Positions 20,329 to 30,223 of a stretch of DNA of 64,000 nt are shown in pieces (the stretch's first letter is position 1; each line of letters starts with the position of its first letter). This DNA comes from Dehalococcoidia bacterium. GTDB lineage: Bacteria > Chloroflexota > Dehalococcoidia > UBA2979. The position numbers and the translations under genes are program-made. The stretch covers positions 384,001 through 448,000 of the forward strand of contig OZ253555.1 in the NCBI GenBank assembly GCA_965262725.1. Reading direction: 5' to 3'. The notes under the pieces were generated by a model. It was not told the DNA's origin and did not search any database. It worked only from the letters and a program-made list of their open reading frames with translations.

Positions 20329-21352
20329 ATGTTGAGGATAGTCCATGAGGGAGGCGAGCGGGAAGCGGGGCCGGGGACGCAGGTCGGACTGGACGAGCTC
20401 TGCCGTATGGCCGCCCAGGAGATGCTCGGGGTGGCGCTGGAGGCCGAACGGCAGGCCTACCTCGAGCGTCACGCGGGCGCGGTCGATGGAGAGGGCCGCC
20501 GCGTGGTCGTCGGCAACGGCTACGCCCGCGCGAGAGAGATCACGACCGCCGCGGGACGGGTCGCCGTACAGGCGCCGCGCGTCGACGACCGCCGTCCCGG
20601 CGAGCGCTACATCTCGGCGCTTCTGCCGCCCTACATGCGGCGCTCGCCCAAGGTGACCGAGGTGTTGCCGCTGCTCTACCTGCGCGGGCTCTCGACGGGC
20701 GACTTCCTGCCCGCCCTGTCGGCGTTCTTCGGCTCGGGGGCGGGGCTCTCCGCCTCGACCGTGGGGCGGCTCACGGAGGCGTGGCAGGCCGAGCACGAGC
20801 GCTGGCAGCGACGCAGCCTGGCCGAAGTCGACTACGTCTACCTCTGGGCGGACGGCGTCCACTTCACCGTGCGTCTCGAGGAGGACCGGCTCTGCTGCCT
20901 GGTGCTGGTCGGGGTGCGCCCGGACGGCCGCAAGGAGCTGGTGGCCGTGCAGGACGGCTACCGTGAGGACACCCAGTCCTGGCTCGACCTGCTGCGGGAC
21001 CTGCGCGAGCGGGGCATGCGCGACCCCGAGCTGGCCGTCGGCGACGGGGCGCTCGGGTTCTGGGCGGCGCTGCGGGAGGTCTTCCCCCGGACCCGCGAGC
21101 AGCGCTGCTGGGTGCACAAGACCGCGAACGTCCTGGCGTCGCTGCCCGAGCGCGTCCAGGGGGAAGCAACGCGGGCGCTCCACGCCGTCTCCGGAGCCGC
21201 GACGCGCGCCGGGGCGCTGGATGCGGCGCGCACCTTCGCCGGGCAGTTCGCGCAGTGGCCGAAGGCGACAGCGAAGGTCGCCGACGACCTCGAACGGCTG
21301 CTCGCGTTCCACGACTTCCCGTCCGAGCACCACGCGCACCTGCGCACAACGA
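20329..21352 (+). pseudogene. IS256 transposase, 5' part (interrupted by antisense group II intron)
   Basis: YLWADG..AVGDGALGFW..QRCWVHK..HLRTT; joins 29540 to restore TTNPIESTF (425 aa). Confidence 0.92.
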
Positions 21353-21519
21353 GTAGGGTGAGGAGCTGGCGCGGTACGCGCTGTAGGCCGGTGGCGCTCT
21401 TGTTCCGAGCAGGTTTCCCCGCGGTGCCCAATCCCACGGCCATGGCATATCGCCCGTTTCCAGCTCCTCCCCGTCAAACCGGACAGGCGGTTCTCCCGCA
21501 TCCGGCTTACCGACGCCCT

Positions 21520-22313
21520 TCACCGGACGGCATTCGGTTTCACCCGCCACGACCGGTTCGGCCGCGGTGCGACAACCCATCCACTGAGCGAGAGCAGACC
21601 GAGGCGGGTCGCATGGCGGTATGACACGCCGTACCGCAGACGTTGCCGACTGCGCCGACGCTTACCCCACCACACCACCAGCCGCAACGCGGCGTACGCA
21701 CTGAGCTTGCGGAACGACTTCGCCACGTTCCCGTAACGAAAATAGCCCGCCCAGCCGCGCAGGAGGCGGTTCACCTCCTGCACGATGCGCTCCACGCTCA
21801 ACACCAACCGTGACCGCACCGTCATCTCACGGATGCGGTCACGTGCATGCTGCATCGCTCGTCGCGAGGGAAAGCGTGCAAGGAATCGGAGATTCGAACC
21901 CCGCCTAGCCCGTACCCACCGGTGTTCAAAGCCGAGGAACTCCAGCCCCTCGCCTCCTTCCGCCAGGTGCACGATGCGGGTCTTCTCCGCCTTCAGCTCC
22001 AGTCCGAGCTCGGCGACCAGCTCACGGAGCAGCGCCAGCGCCGCATCCGCTTCCCGCTGCGTTCCGCAGAGCACCACAAGGTCGTCGGCATATCGCACCA
22101 GCACTCCCCGGCCCCTCGTCTCCCATTCCCGGTCAACCCGGTGCAGATAGACGTTGGCCAGAAGCGGGGATACTACCCCGCCCTGTGGCGTACCCGTCAC
22201 GCTGTGCCGCACGGCCCCGGACTCCATCACCCCGGCACGGAGCATCGCCCGCACCAGCTTCAGGAGCTTCCGGTCATATATCCGCTCCTCCACCGCCTCC
22301 ATCAACCGGTCGT
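21520..22313 (-). pseudogene. ltrA: Intron A RT/maturase, 3' segment
   Basis: GTPQGGVVSPLLANVYLH, RYADD, FLGF, RGWAGYF; no endonuclease domain. Confidence 0.9.
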
Positions 22314-22450
22314 GTAGGGTCAGGTGGGAATGATGCTCTGAATTGGCCCCACCTGGAGCCGTTTTGATCCTTTGAATTGGCCCCACCCCCGACCCATCCA
22401 GGACCTACGCTCGGGTGACTGCATGACTCCCGGAGCGAGGGAAGAGGAGT

Positions 22451-24085
22451 GTGTCGAGAGTGGAGCTGTTCGAGTCTATCCGACGGATGGCGAGGGAGGA
22501 GGAGCTGTCGATCCATGAGCTGGGACGCCGGCATGGCGTGCACCGGCGCACGGTGCGGCAGGCTCTTGGGTCGGCGATACCCCCGGAACGCAAGCAGGCG
22601 ACCCGCGTGGCCCCGAAGCTCGGGCCGTACGTCTCGGTCATCCGGGGCTGGCTCGTGGACGACCTCAGCGCGCCGCGCAAGCAGCGGCACACGGCCCGGC
22701 GCATCTGGGAGCGCCTCGTCGACGAACACGGGGCGACGGTGGCCGAGCCCACGGTCCGCGCCTGCGTCGCGCGCCTGCGTCGCGAGATCCAGGGCGGGCG
22801 CGCGGTTGTGACGATCCCGCAGGTCCATCCTCCCGGCGAGGAGGCGGAGGTCGACTTCGGCACGGTGACGGTGTGGCTGGAGGGCGTCGAGACCCGGCTG
22901 GCGATGTTCGTGATGCGGCTCTCGCATTCGGGGCGGGCGGCGCACGTCTGCTTCGTCGGCGAGGGCCAGGAGTCTCTGCTCGAGGGGCACGTGGTCGCCT
23001 TCGAGCGGCTCGGCGGAGTGCCGCGGCGCATCCGCTACGACAATCTGACGGCGGCCGTCACCACCGTGCTGCAGGGACGCGAGCGCCTGCAGACCGAGCG
23101 CTTCATCGCGCTCCGCTCGCATTACGGCTTCGACAGCTTCTTCTGTGAGCCCGGCATCGAGGGCGCGCACGAGAAGGGCGGTGTGGAGGGCGAGGTCGGC
23201 CGCTTCCGCCGGCGGCACTTCGTGCCGGTCCCGAAGGTGGCGACCCTCGGCGAGCTGAACGAACGAGTGCGGGAGGCGGACCGCACCGACGACGCCCGGC
23301 ACATCGAGAGCCGCCTCGCCACCGTCGGCGAGATGGGAGAGAACGAGAAGGCCTCGCTGCGTCCGCTTCCGGCGGAGCGCTTCGACCCGTCAATCCCGCT
23401 GCGCGCGAAGGTCGACCGCAAGGCGCGCATCGCCGTGCGTAGCTCCCGCTACTCGGTCCCGGCGGCCTATGCAGGCCGGAAGCTGGACGTGCGGCTGTCC
23501 GGGAACAGCCTGACCGTGTGGGCCGAGGGGCGTGAAGTCGCCCACCACGAGCGCAGCGCCCGCACCGGAGCAGAGGTCCTGCTGCTCGACCACTATCTGG
23601 AGGTGCTCGCGCGCAAGCCCGGGGCGGTCCCGGGCTCGGTGGCGCTCCAGCAGGCGCGTGCGAAGGGACACGTCACAGCCGAGCATCAGCGCTTCTGGGA
23701 CCGCGCCCGCCGCAAGCTCGGCGACCGCGCGGGCACGCAGGCGTACATCGAGGTCCTGCTCCTGCATCGCCATCTTCCCTTCACGGCGGTGCACGCCGCG
23801 CTCGGGACGGTCAACAGGATCCAGTCGGTGAACCCCGAACTGGTCGCCATCGAGGCGCGCCGTCTCGCCGACCGCAGGCCACCAGACGCCGCCGTCGAGA
23901 GACCGCACCTGGAGCGCTACGACCGACCTGCCCCGCTCCTCGATGGCTACGATGCGCTGCTCTCGGGTGATTCCCGATGGCCCGGCACGTCGCCGGGCGG
24001 GCGCTCCCGCGCTCCGCGGTCTGCCGAGAACGCGTCGCACACCACCACAACCGCCGTCACCGCTGCGGTGTCGACGGCACGCTGA
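22451..24085 (+). CDS. istA: IS21 transposase
   Basis: AEVDFG, IRYDNL, HEKGGVE. Confidence 0.95.
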   Translation: MSRVELFESIRRMAREEELSIHELGRRHGVHRRTVRQALGSAIPPERKQATRVAPKLGPYVSVIRGWLVDDLSAPRKQRHTARRIWERLVDEHGATVAEPTVRACVARLRREIQGGRAVVTIPQVHPPGEEAEVDFGTVTVWLEGVETRLAMFVMRLSHSGRAAHVCFVGEGQESLLEGHVVAFERLGGVPRRIRYDNLTAAVTTVLQGRERLQTERFIALRSHYGFDSFFCEPGIEGAHEKGGVEGEVGRFRRRHFVPVPKVATLGELNERVREADRTDDARHIESRLATVGEMGENEKASLRPLPAERFDPSIPLRAKVDRKARIAVRSSRYSVPAAYAGRKLDVRLSGNSLTVWAEGREVAHHERSARTGAEVLLLDHYLEVLARKPGAVPGSVALQQARAKGHVTAEHQRFWDRARRKLGDRAGTQAYIEVLLLHRHLPFTAVHAALGTVNRIQSVNPELVAIEARRLADRRPPDAAVERPHLERYDRPAPLLDGYDALLSGDSRWPGTSPGGRSRAPRSAENASHTTTTAVTAAVSTAR

Positions 24086-24101
24086 CCACAGGAGGCACCC
24101 G

Positions 24102-24884
24102 ATGACAGCACCCCTCACCGACCAGGCCGCGGAGCTGACAATCGAGGCGATCTGCCGCGAGCTCCGTCTCCCCACCGTCAGGAAGCAGGCGCTCCCGCTC
24201 GCCGAAGCCGCGGTCCGAGACCGGATCACCCATCTGGGCTATCTCGCCGAAGTGCTGGGAGCCGAACGCGATGACCGTGAGGAGCGGCGCCGTCAGCGCC
24301 GTATCGTCGAGGCGCGGTTCCCGCGTTTCAAGTACCTCGCCGACTTCGACCTCGAGGCGGCGCCGACAGTCGACGCGCCGGCGCTCGCCACGCTGGAGCG
24401 CTGCGACTGGGTCGAAAGGGGCGAGCCCGTCGTCCTGCTCGGTGACAGCGGCACCGGGAAGTCACACCTGCTCATCGGCCTCGGCATGGCCGCCTGCCAC
24501 CTGGGGCTGCGCGTGCGGTACATGACCACGGCCGCCCTGGTGAATGAACTGGCCGAAGCGTCGGATGATCGCGCGCTCTCACGCCTCGTCGCCCGCTACG
24601 GCCGCCTCGACCTGCTCTGCCTGGATGAGTTCGGGTACGTCCACCTCGACCCGCGCGGTGCCGAAATGCTGTTCCAGATCCTGACCGAGCGCGAGGAACG
24701 GGCATCGGTCGCCGTCGCCTCCAACTCCCCGTTCTCCGAGTGGGGCCGCATCTTCACCGACCCTCGTCTCGCCGCGGCCGTCGTTGACCGCCTCACCTAC
24801 CGTGCCCATATCATCGAGACCGGCACCGAGTCCTACCGGCTCCGGGCCTCGACCTCCCCGAGAGGAGGTGCCCCAACGACCTGA
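24102..24884 (+). CDS. istB: IS21 helper ATPase
   Basis: GDSGTGKSH, LCLDEFGY, AVVDRL, ESYR. Confidence 0.95.
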   Translation: MTAPLTDQAAELTIEAICRELRLPTVRKQALPLAEAAVRDRITHLGYLAEVLGAERDDREERRRQRRIVEARFPRFKYLADFDLEAAPTVDAPALATLERCDWVERGEPVVLLGDSGTGKSHLLIGLGMAACHLGLRVRYMTTAALVNELAEASDDRALSRLVARYGRLDLLCLDEFGYVHLDPRGAEMLFQILTEREERASVAVASNSPFSEWGRIFTDPRLAAAVVDRLTYRAHIIETGTESYRLRASTSPRGGAPTT

Positions 24885-25808
24885 TCCCGGTCCCCGGGGG
24901 TGGGGCCAGATCAGAGGATCAAAGTGGGGCCAGATGTAAGCATCATTCCCAGTCAGGGGCTGGCGCGGTGCGAGCCGTAGGCGGTGGCGCATCAGTTCCA
25001 AGCCGGTTTCCCGGTGGTGCCCAACTCCACGGCCATAGCAGCGTCCGTCTCCAGCCCCTGCCACATCGAACCGGACGTGAGGTTCTCCCTCATCCGGCTC
25101 ACCGATGCCCTTCACCAGATGGCATGCAGCGCTCCCCACAACGTGGGTCGTGCCTTGGCCAGCCGGTACAGCATGTGCGGAGAGCCTCGAATCCTACCAA
25201 GTGGTTGCTAGCCCCGAGGGGCACTCACCAGTCCACACCCCCAGCAACATGCACGGACAAAGTAGGGGTCCTTCCCATCACCGGCGGTTATGTTGTCCGT
25301 CCGGCTCCAGCGGTACTACGACCCCCTCCGCCACCCTTCCGGCTGGCTGTCCACTTCCCGGCTCTGACCGGTTATAGGACGCCTCGCTCCGACGCCCTCT
25401 CACAGGGTGCCGGGCCGGGGAGGGCTTCTCCGGTTCCCGTCGCTACCTTCCGTACGTTCCACGTCCCATACGCCGGGAGGTTTCTTGAGGCTGCATTCCA
25501 GGATCTTCACCTCGTCCATGGCCTTCGCCCTGACCACCCGGGCTCGGCTCCTCCTTGGTCCTGTCAATAGACAGGCGAGTCTCACGGCGCGGCAGACTTC
25601 GCGTCATGCTGCGGACCGCACGTTTGCTCCCCCTCATAGGGCTCTTGACGTCGGGCTTCGACGCAGACCGTTTCCCGTCCACGCCGCCGACCTGCTAACG
25701 GGCCTCCTGACAGTTACCCGTGCCGGACTCTCACCGGCTGGCAGCAACGAGCATGTCTCCGGACCGGTCACGTCATCACGTCACCACCCCTTCGACTTCC
25801 GGACGCAC

Positions 25809-26128
25809 GCGGTATCGACTCGAAACACGAGGCGATATCCGTCTCCACCACCCATCGCCGACCCCGCCACGTCTCATCAATGAGCACTTGCAGGGCATCA
25901 TGCGCCGCACGCTTCGGGCGAAAGCCAAAGCTACACGGCAGAAAGTCGGCCTCAAAGACCGGCTCCGCCACCAGCTTCAGCGCTGCCTGTACGATGCGGT
26001 CGTGGACCGTCGGGATAGAGAGCGGTCGTCGCTCCGACCGTCCGGGCTTGGGAATCCAGACCCGGCGGCTCGGCTGCACGCGATAGCTCTCCGCCTTCAG
26101 TTCCACGGACAGTTCGTCAAGCAGTCGG
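25809..26128 (-). pseudogene. ltrA: Intron A RT, middle segment
   Basis: RVWIPKPG..RPLSIPTVHDRIVQ..SFGFRP..WVVETDIASCFESIP. Confidence 0.9.
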
Positions 26129-26224
26129 TGTCGATCGCCAGGGTCATTGATCCACGCGTCGCCACGGTCATTAGACCACCCGGGACGCCGGTAGGCGGCT
26201 TGATATCAGTGAGCGTCTAGCGCG

Positions 26225-26998
26225 TCAATCACCTCCCGTCTGCGCCTCGAGCAGGGCGCGGTGCGGCGAGAGCCGCTGGCGGTAGCTATCGCCCTCGATC
26301 ACGATCTGGTAGCTGGCGTTGGCGAGGCGGTCGAGGGCGCTGTTGCCGAGGATCGGGTCGTCGAAGAGACCCAGCCATTCCTCCACGGCGCGGTTCGAGG
26401 TGATGACGAAGCTGGAGCTGCGGTGGCGCCCGATGACCAGCTCGTAGAGGTCGATGGACTGCTGCGCGCTGAGGCGATGGAGCCCGAGGTCGTCGAGGAT
26501 GAGCAGGTCGGGCGCGAGGAAGCTTCGGAAGACCTTCTCGGCCGAGTGGTCGACGCGGGCCTGCGCCATCTCGCGGAAGTAGTGGTCGGCCGGGGCGAAG
26601 CGGACGCTGCGTCCGGAGCGGACGGCTGAGTAGCCGAGCGCCTGGGCTAAGAAGCTCTTGCCGACGCCGACGGGGCCGACGAGCAGGACGTGCTCGCGGC
26701 GGTCGAGGAAGTGCAGCGAGAAGGCGGCGTCGAGCAGGCGGCGGTCGAGCCGGATGGCGGCCGCCCAGTCGAAGTCCTCGAGGCGGCAGAGCTGCTCGAA
26801 GCCGGCCTGGCGCAGGCGCAGCTCCAACCGCCCGTGGTCGCGGCGGCTCACCTCGTCGACGAGCAGGATCTGCAGGAAGTCCGCGTAGTCGAGGTGGTCG
26901 CGCCGCGCGAGGGCGATGCGCTCGGGCAACGTGTCGAGCATGCGGCCGAGCTTGAGGCGCTTGAGCAGCGGACGGAGGTCTGAGGTGGTGGCGGTCAT
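26225..26998 (-). CDS. istB: IS21 helper ATPase
   Basis: GPVGVGKS, LILDDLG, ITSNR, LDRL, GDSYR. Confidence 0.95.
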   Translation of the reverse strand: MTATTSDLRPLLKRLKLGRMLDTLPERIALARRDHLDYADFLQILLVDEVSRRDHGRLELRLRQAGFEQLCRLEDFDWAAAIRLDRRLLDAAFSLHFLDRREHVLLVGPVGVGKSFLAQALGYSAVRSGRSVRFAPADHYFREMAQARVDHSAEKVFRSFLAPDLLILDDLGLHRLSAQQSIDLYELVIGRHRSSSFVITSNRAVEEWLGLFDDPILGNSALDRLANASYQIVIEGDSYRQRLSPHRALLEAQTGGD

Positions 26999-28575
26999 CG
27001 TGGTGCTCCTGTCGGGGTCTGCGTGCGGGACTGTGCGAAGACGGAGCCCGAGTGGGCGAAGCGCCCCGGAGGCGGCGGCAGCTCGGGCTGGTCTGGGGTG
27101 CTCTCCTGGTCGAGGGCCTCGACGAGGATGCGCTCGAGGCGGCGCACGTCGATGAGGTCGACCTCGAGCGCGCGGCGGCAGGCGGCGTCGAGGCGGTCCG
27201 GGGAGTAGCGCTCGGCGAGGCGCAGCAGCTTGTGGCCCTGCCGGAGCTTCGCCCAGGGCAGGGAGCCCTCGAAGAGACGCTCGGCGTAGGCGCCCACGGC
27301 CTCCCCCAGCTCGGCGGCGCGGCGCTGTATCCAGTCGGGCGCCCGCCTGGTGTAGGGGGTGAGCTCGGCCGGGTAGTCGTTCGGGTCGGTGGCCCGGCCG
27401 CCCCGGCGCTGGTGCGCGTGGACCTTGATGAGCTGACCGCGGTGGTAGATGCGCACCAGCTTCGAGCCGAGCTGCACCTCGACCTTCTGGCGGGGCGGGC
27501 AGGCCGTGGACGGCACCGAGTACAGCGCGTACTGGCAGGCGATGTGGTGGTCGGGATGGACCGTGGCGGTCCGCCAGTCGGGGACCTCGTAGGGCTCGCC
27601 GTCCCAGGGAGCGAGGAGAGGGAGCTCCTCCTCCCGGAAGACCTCGAGCGGCCGGCGGCGTGTCGTGCCGTGGATGCGCTGTCCCGCCACCTCCAGGCAC
27701 CAGCTGCGGGCGGCGGAGCGCAGGTCGACGACGTCCCGGAAGTCGCCGCCCTTGAAGAGGCGCTCGCGCACGTAGGGGATGCTGCGCTCGACGCGCGGCT
27801 TGTCGCGGGGATGACGCACGCGCGCGGGGTCGGTGATGAAGCCTCTGTGGCGGGCGTACTCGAGGAAGCCCCGCGTGAAGCGCGGGTGCAGCGCGTCGGC
27901 CCCGGCGACGGCGGCCGGGAAGTTATCGATGACGAGGTAGCGCGGCACGCCCCCGAAGAAGGCCCAGGCCTCCTCCAGGCCCTCGATCACAGCGTCCAGC
28001 TTCTGGCTGGTGGTGGGCCACACAAAGCAGTGGCGGGAGTAGCGCCAGACGACGACCAGCGCCCACACCGCGCGCCGGCGGCCGCTCTCGGGGTCCCGGA
28101 TGAAGCCGAGGCGGCCGAAGTCCATCTCCGCCACCTCGCCCGGCGGCCCGTCGTCCATGCGCACGGTCGACGGCAGCCGGTGGCGCCAGCCGCGGCGCCG
28201 GATGAAACGCCGCAGCGTGGTGTAGGAGACCTCGCAGCCTCGTCCGGCGAGGAGCTCCTGGATGCGCGTCAGTTGCAGGCGGTCGGTCTCAAGCCAGCGC
28301 TCGATCCGCTCCGCCCAGGGCGAGAGCAGCTCCTCGCTCGGCGCCTCGACCTGCCGCGGGCCGGAGAGGCTCAGCGTCGCCAGCGCGGCGAGCTGCTCCT
28401 CACTCGGCTCGGGACCGCCCGGCGTGAGGCCGGCCGCCTCGGCCGCCTCGACGTAGCGGCGCACCGTCACGCGCGATAGCCCCGTGCCGCTGGCGATGCG
28501 GCGCTGGCTGAGCCCCGCCTGCCAGCGTCGAATGATCTCCTGGATCTCCACCCCGTGTACCTCCCGGTAGGCCAT
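26995..28575 (-). CDS. istA: IS21 transposase
   Basis: AEMDFG, LVIDNF, PRDKPRVER, RIHGTT. Confidence 0.95.
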   Translation of the reverse strand: MAYREVHGVEIQEIIRRWQAGLSQRRIASGTGLSRVTVRRYVEAAEAAGLTPGGPEPSEEQLAALATLSLSGPRQVEAPSEELLSPWAERIERWLETDRLQLTRIQELLAGRGCEVSYTTLRRFIRRRGWRHRLPSTVRMDDGPPGEVAEMDFGRLGFIRDPESGRRRAVWALVVVWRYSRHCFVWPTTSQKLDAVIEGLEEAWAFFGGVPRYLVIDNFPAAVAGADALHPRFTRGFLEYARHRGFITDPARVRHPRDKPRVERSIPYVRERLFKGGDFRDVVDLRSAARSWCLEVAGQRIHGTTRRRPLEVFREEELPLLAPWDGEPYEVPDWRTATVHPDHHIACQYALYSVPSTACPPRQKVEVQLGSKLVRIYHRGQLIKVHAHQRRGGRATDPNDYPAELTPYTRRAPDWIQRRAAELGEAVGAYAERLFEGSLPWAKLRQGHKLLRLAERYSPDRLDAACRRALEVDLIDVRRLERILVEALDQESTPDQPELPPPPGRFAHSGSVFAQSRTQTPTGAPR

Positions 28576-28732
28576 CGCTGCTCCCTCCGCTGGGGATGCA
28601 GGCGATGGTGGCCGTACCGGCGACCCGGGCGGGCAGGAGTCCCTGACGGGGTGGATCAATGACCCTGGCGAAGTGGATCAATGACCCTGGCGATCTGGCG
28701 ATTTCGTGGTCTATAGACCTTGGCGATTCACA

Positions 28733-28960
28733 CAGTCGGTCCACGCCGTAGCGTTCGACCTCGGCAAGGGTGATGCCGTCGATGCCGGCTGCGCCGCGAT
28801 TGCGACGCACTTGCCCCCACCCGCGCTCCAGAACGTCCCTGCGGTGGACCTTGTCGTAGAGCGCATGAAAACGTCGTCCGGGCTCGGCCTTGGCCGCCCG
28901 GTAGAGCGTGCGCTGTAGTTCTCGGACCGTTTCCTTGGCGGGTCTAGCCTCCACGGGCAC
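28733..28960 (-). pseudogene. ltrA: Intron A RT, N-terminal segment
   Basis: VRELQRTLYRAAK..RRFHALYDKV..VRRNRGAAGIDG; three segments join to 444 aa. Confidence 0.9.
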
Positions 28961-29539
28961 TCACCGATCCTTCCCCAAGCAACACGCACAGGCGAAGTAG
29001 CGGCCCTTCCCTCACCGGCGGTTCTGTTGTCCGCTCGGCTCAGTCGGTAATATGGCCGCCTCCGACTCCCTCCCGGCAGGTCGCCCACTTCCCGGCTCAT
29101 CACCGGTTATAGGACGCCTCACTCCGACACCATTCCGCAGGTACCGGGCCGGGGAGGGCCTCCCTTGTTCCCGTTGTCACCTTCCACACGTTCCACGCCC
29201 CTTACGCCGGGAAGTTCTTCGAGATTGCGATTCCAGGTCTTCATCTCTTCCATGGCCTTCGCCCTGAGGGTCGGGGCTCGGCTCTTCCTCTTTCCCGCCA
29301 ATGGCGGGGACTCTTACGACGCGGCAGGCTTCGCTTTATGCTGCGGACCGTGTGTTTGCTTCCCCTGAAAGGGCTTTCGACGTCGGGCTCCGACCCGGTC
29401 CGTTTCCAGACCAAGCCGCCGACCTGCTACCGCAGCCTCCTGATAGTTACCCGGACCGGACTTGCACCGGTTGGCGACAACGAGCACGTCTCCAGACTGG
29501 TCAGGTCATCCTGCACCGTCCTTCAACTTCAAGGCGCAC

Positions 29540-29793
29540 ACCCGATCGAGTCCACCTTCGCGACGGTGCGGCTGCGCCAGCGCGTCACGAAGGGCGCCGG
29601 GTCGCGGTCGGCGGGACTGGCGATGGCCTACAAACTGCTCGACGCCGCGCAGCAGCGCTGGCGGCGGGTGAACGCCCCGCATCTCGTCGCCGTCGTCCGG
29701 GCGGGCGGCGTCTTCGTCGATGGCGTCCTACAGGAACGAGCCGTCAGCCCGGATCCGAGCGACGACGCACGCCACGGGAGGTACGCCGCCTGA
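29540..29793 (+). pseudogene. IS256 transposase, 3' part
   Basis: (N)PIESTFATVRLRQRVTKGAGSR..WRRVNAPHLV. Confidence 0.92.
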
Positions 29794-30223
29794 CTTGCCC
29801 TGGCCAGCGATCCACAACTCTTGACGATATCTCGGTGCCGTCGGAGCGGCGCGTCTGGCGCGCTCTCTTCAGGGACTGACGCCTTCCCTGTAGTTCACCG
29901 GCGAAGGCATGTCCCGCCGCCGTCACGGGCTGCCCGTGCCGCTGCCTGATCGTTCTCCGCCCGCCGGCGTGGTCGGCCGGCGGCTGCGGCGACGCTCGAG
30001 TAGGTGCCGGCGACGACGCCGACCAGGAATGAACGGGATTCGCGTGGATGCGGCCCCTGTTGCGACCGTGCGAGATGGGGCGTCGGGCAACGACGCCATC
30101 GCTTCGGGGTCGGGCCGCCTTCGCGACGGTCCGTTGAGGATTGTAGTCTCGGGGGCGAGGGCAGCGATGCGAACGGGTGCATAGAGCAACGCAAGCGGCT
30201 GCGGGAGTGGGCCGGGGATCGTC

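Larger units (their letters stand above)
22325..24951 (+). mobile_element. IS21-family element inserted in intron B domain VI
   Basis: IRs TGGGAATGATGCT / AGCATCATTCCCA, subterminal TGGCCCCAC repeats, 6-bp TSD GTCAGG. Confidence 0.95.
22314..25808 (-). ncRNA. ORF-less group II intron B (about 862 nt native) inside intron A RT (twintron)
   Basis: 5' GTGCGT at 25808; DV GAGCCGGATGAGGGAGAACCTCACGTCCGGTTC; 3' CTGACCCTAC at 22314; removal restores FESIP-HDRL. Confidence 0.88.
26129..28732 (-). mobile_element. Second IS21-family element inserted in intron A RT
   Basis: Ends TGTCGATCGCCA / TGGCGATTCACA, subterminal repeats, 7-bp TSD CAGTCGG (26122-26128, 28733-28739). Confidence 0.93.
21353..29539 (-). 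mobile_element. Group II intron A (about 2.08 kb native), antisense in the IS256 transposase
   Basis: 5' GTGCGC at 29539; DV AAGCCGGATGCGGGAGAACCGCCTGTCCGGTTT; 3' end CACCCTAC at 21353; removal restores the transposase frame. Confidence 0.92.
20226..29833 (+). mobile_element. IS256-family element (about 1.42 kb native) swollen by nested insertions
   Basis: Imperfect IRs GAGGTATAGCCAGAAGTTGTGGAT / ATCCACAACTCTTGACGATATCTC; 9-bp TSD GGTGCCGTC at 20217-20225 and 29834-29842. Confidence 0.93.

Noticed and set aside
21520-28960. RT fragments as retron, DGR or defence RT
   Set aside because: They join into one group II intron maturase flanked by DV/DVI and a GTGCG 5' end.
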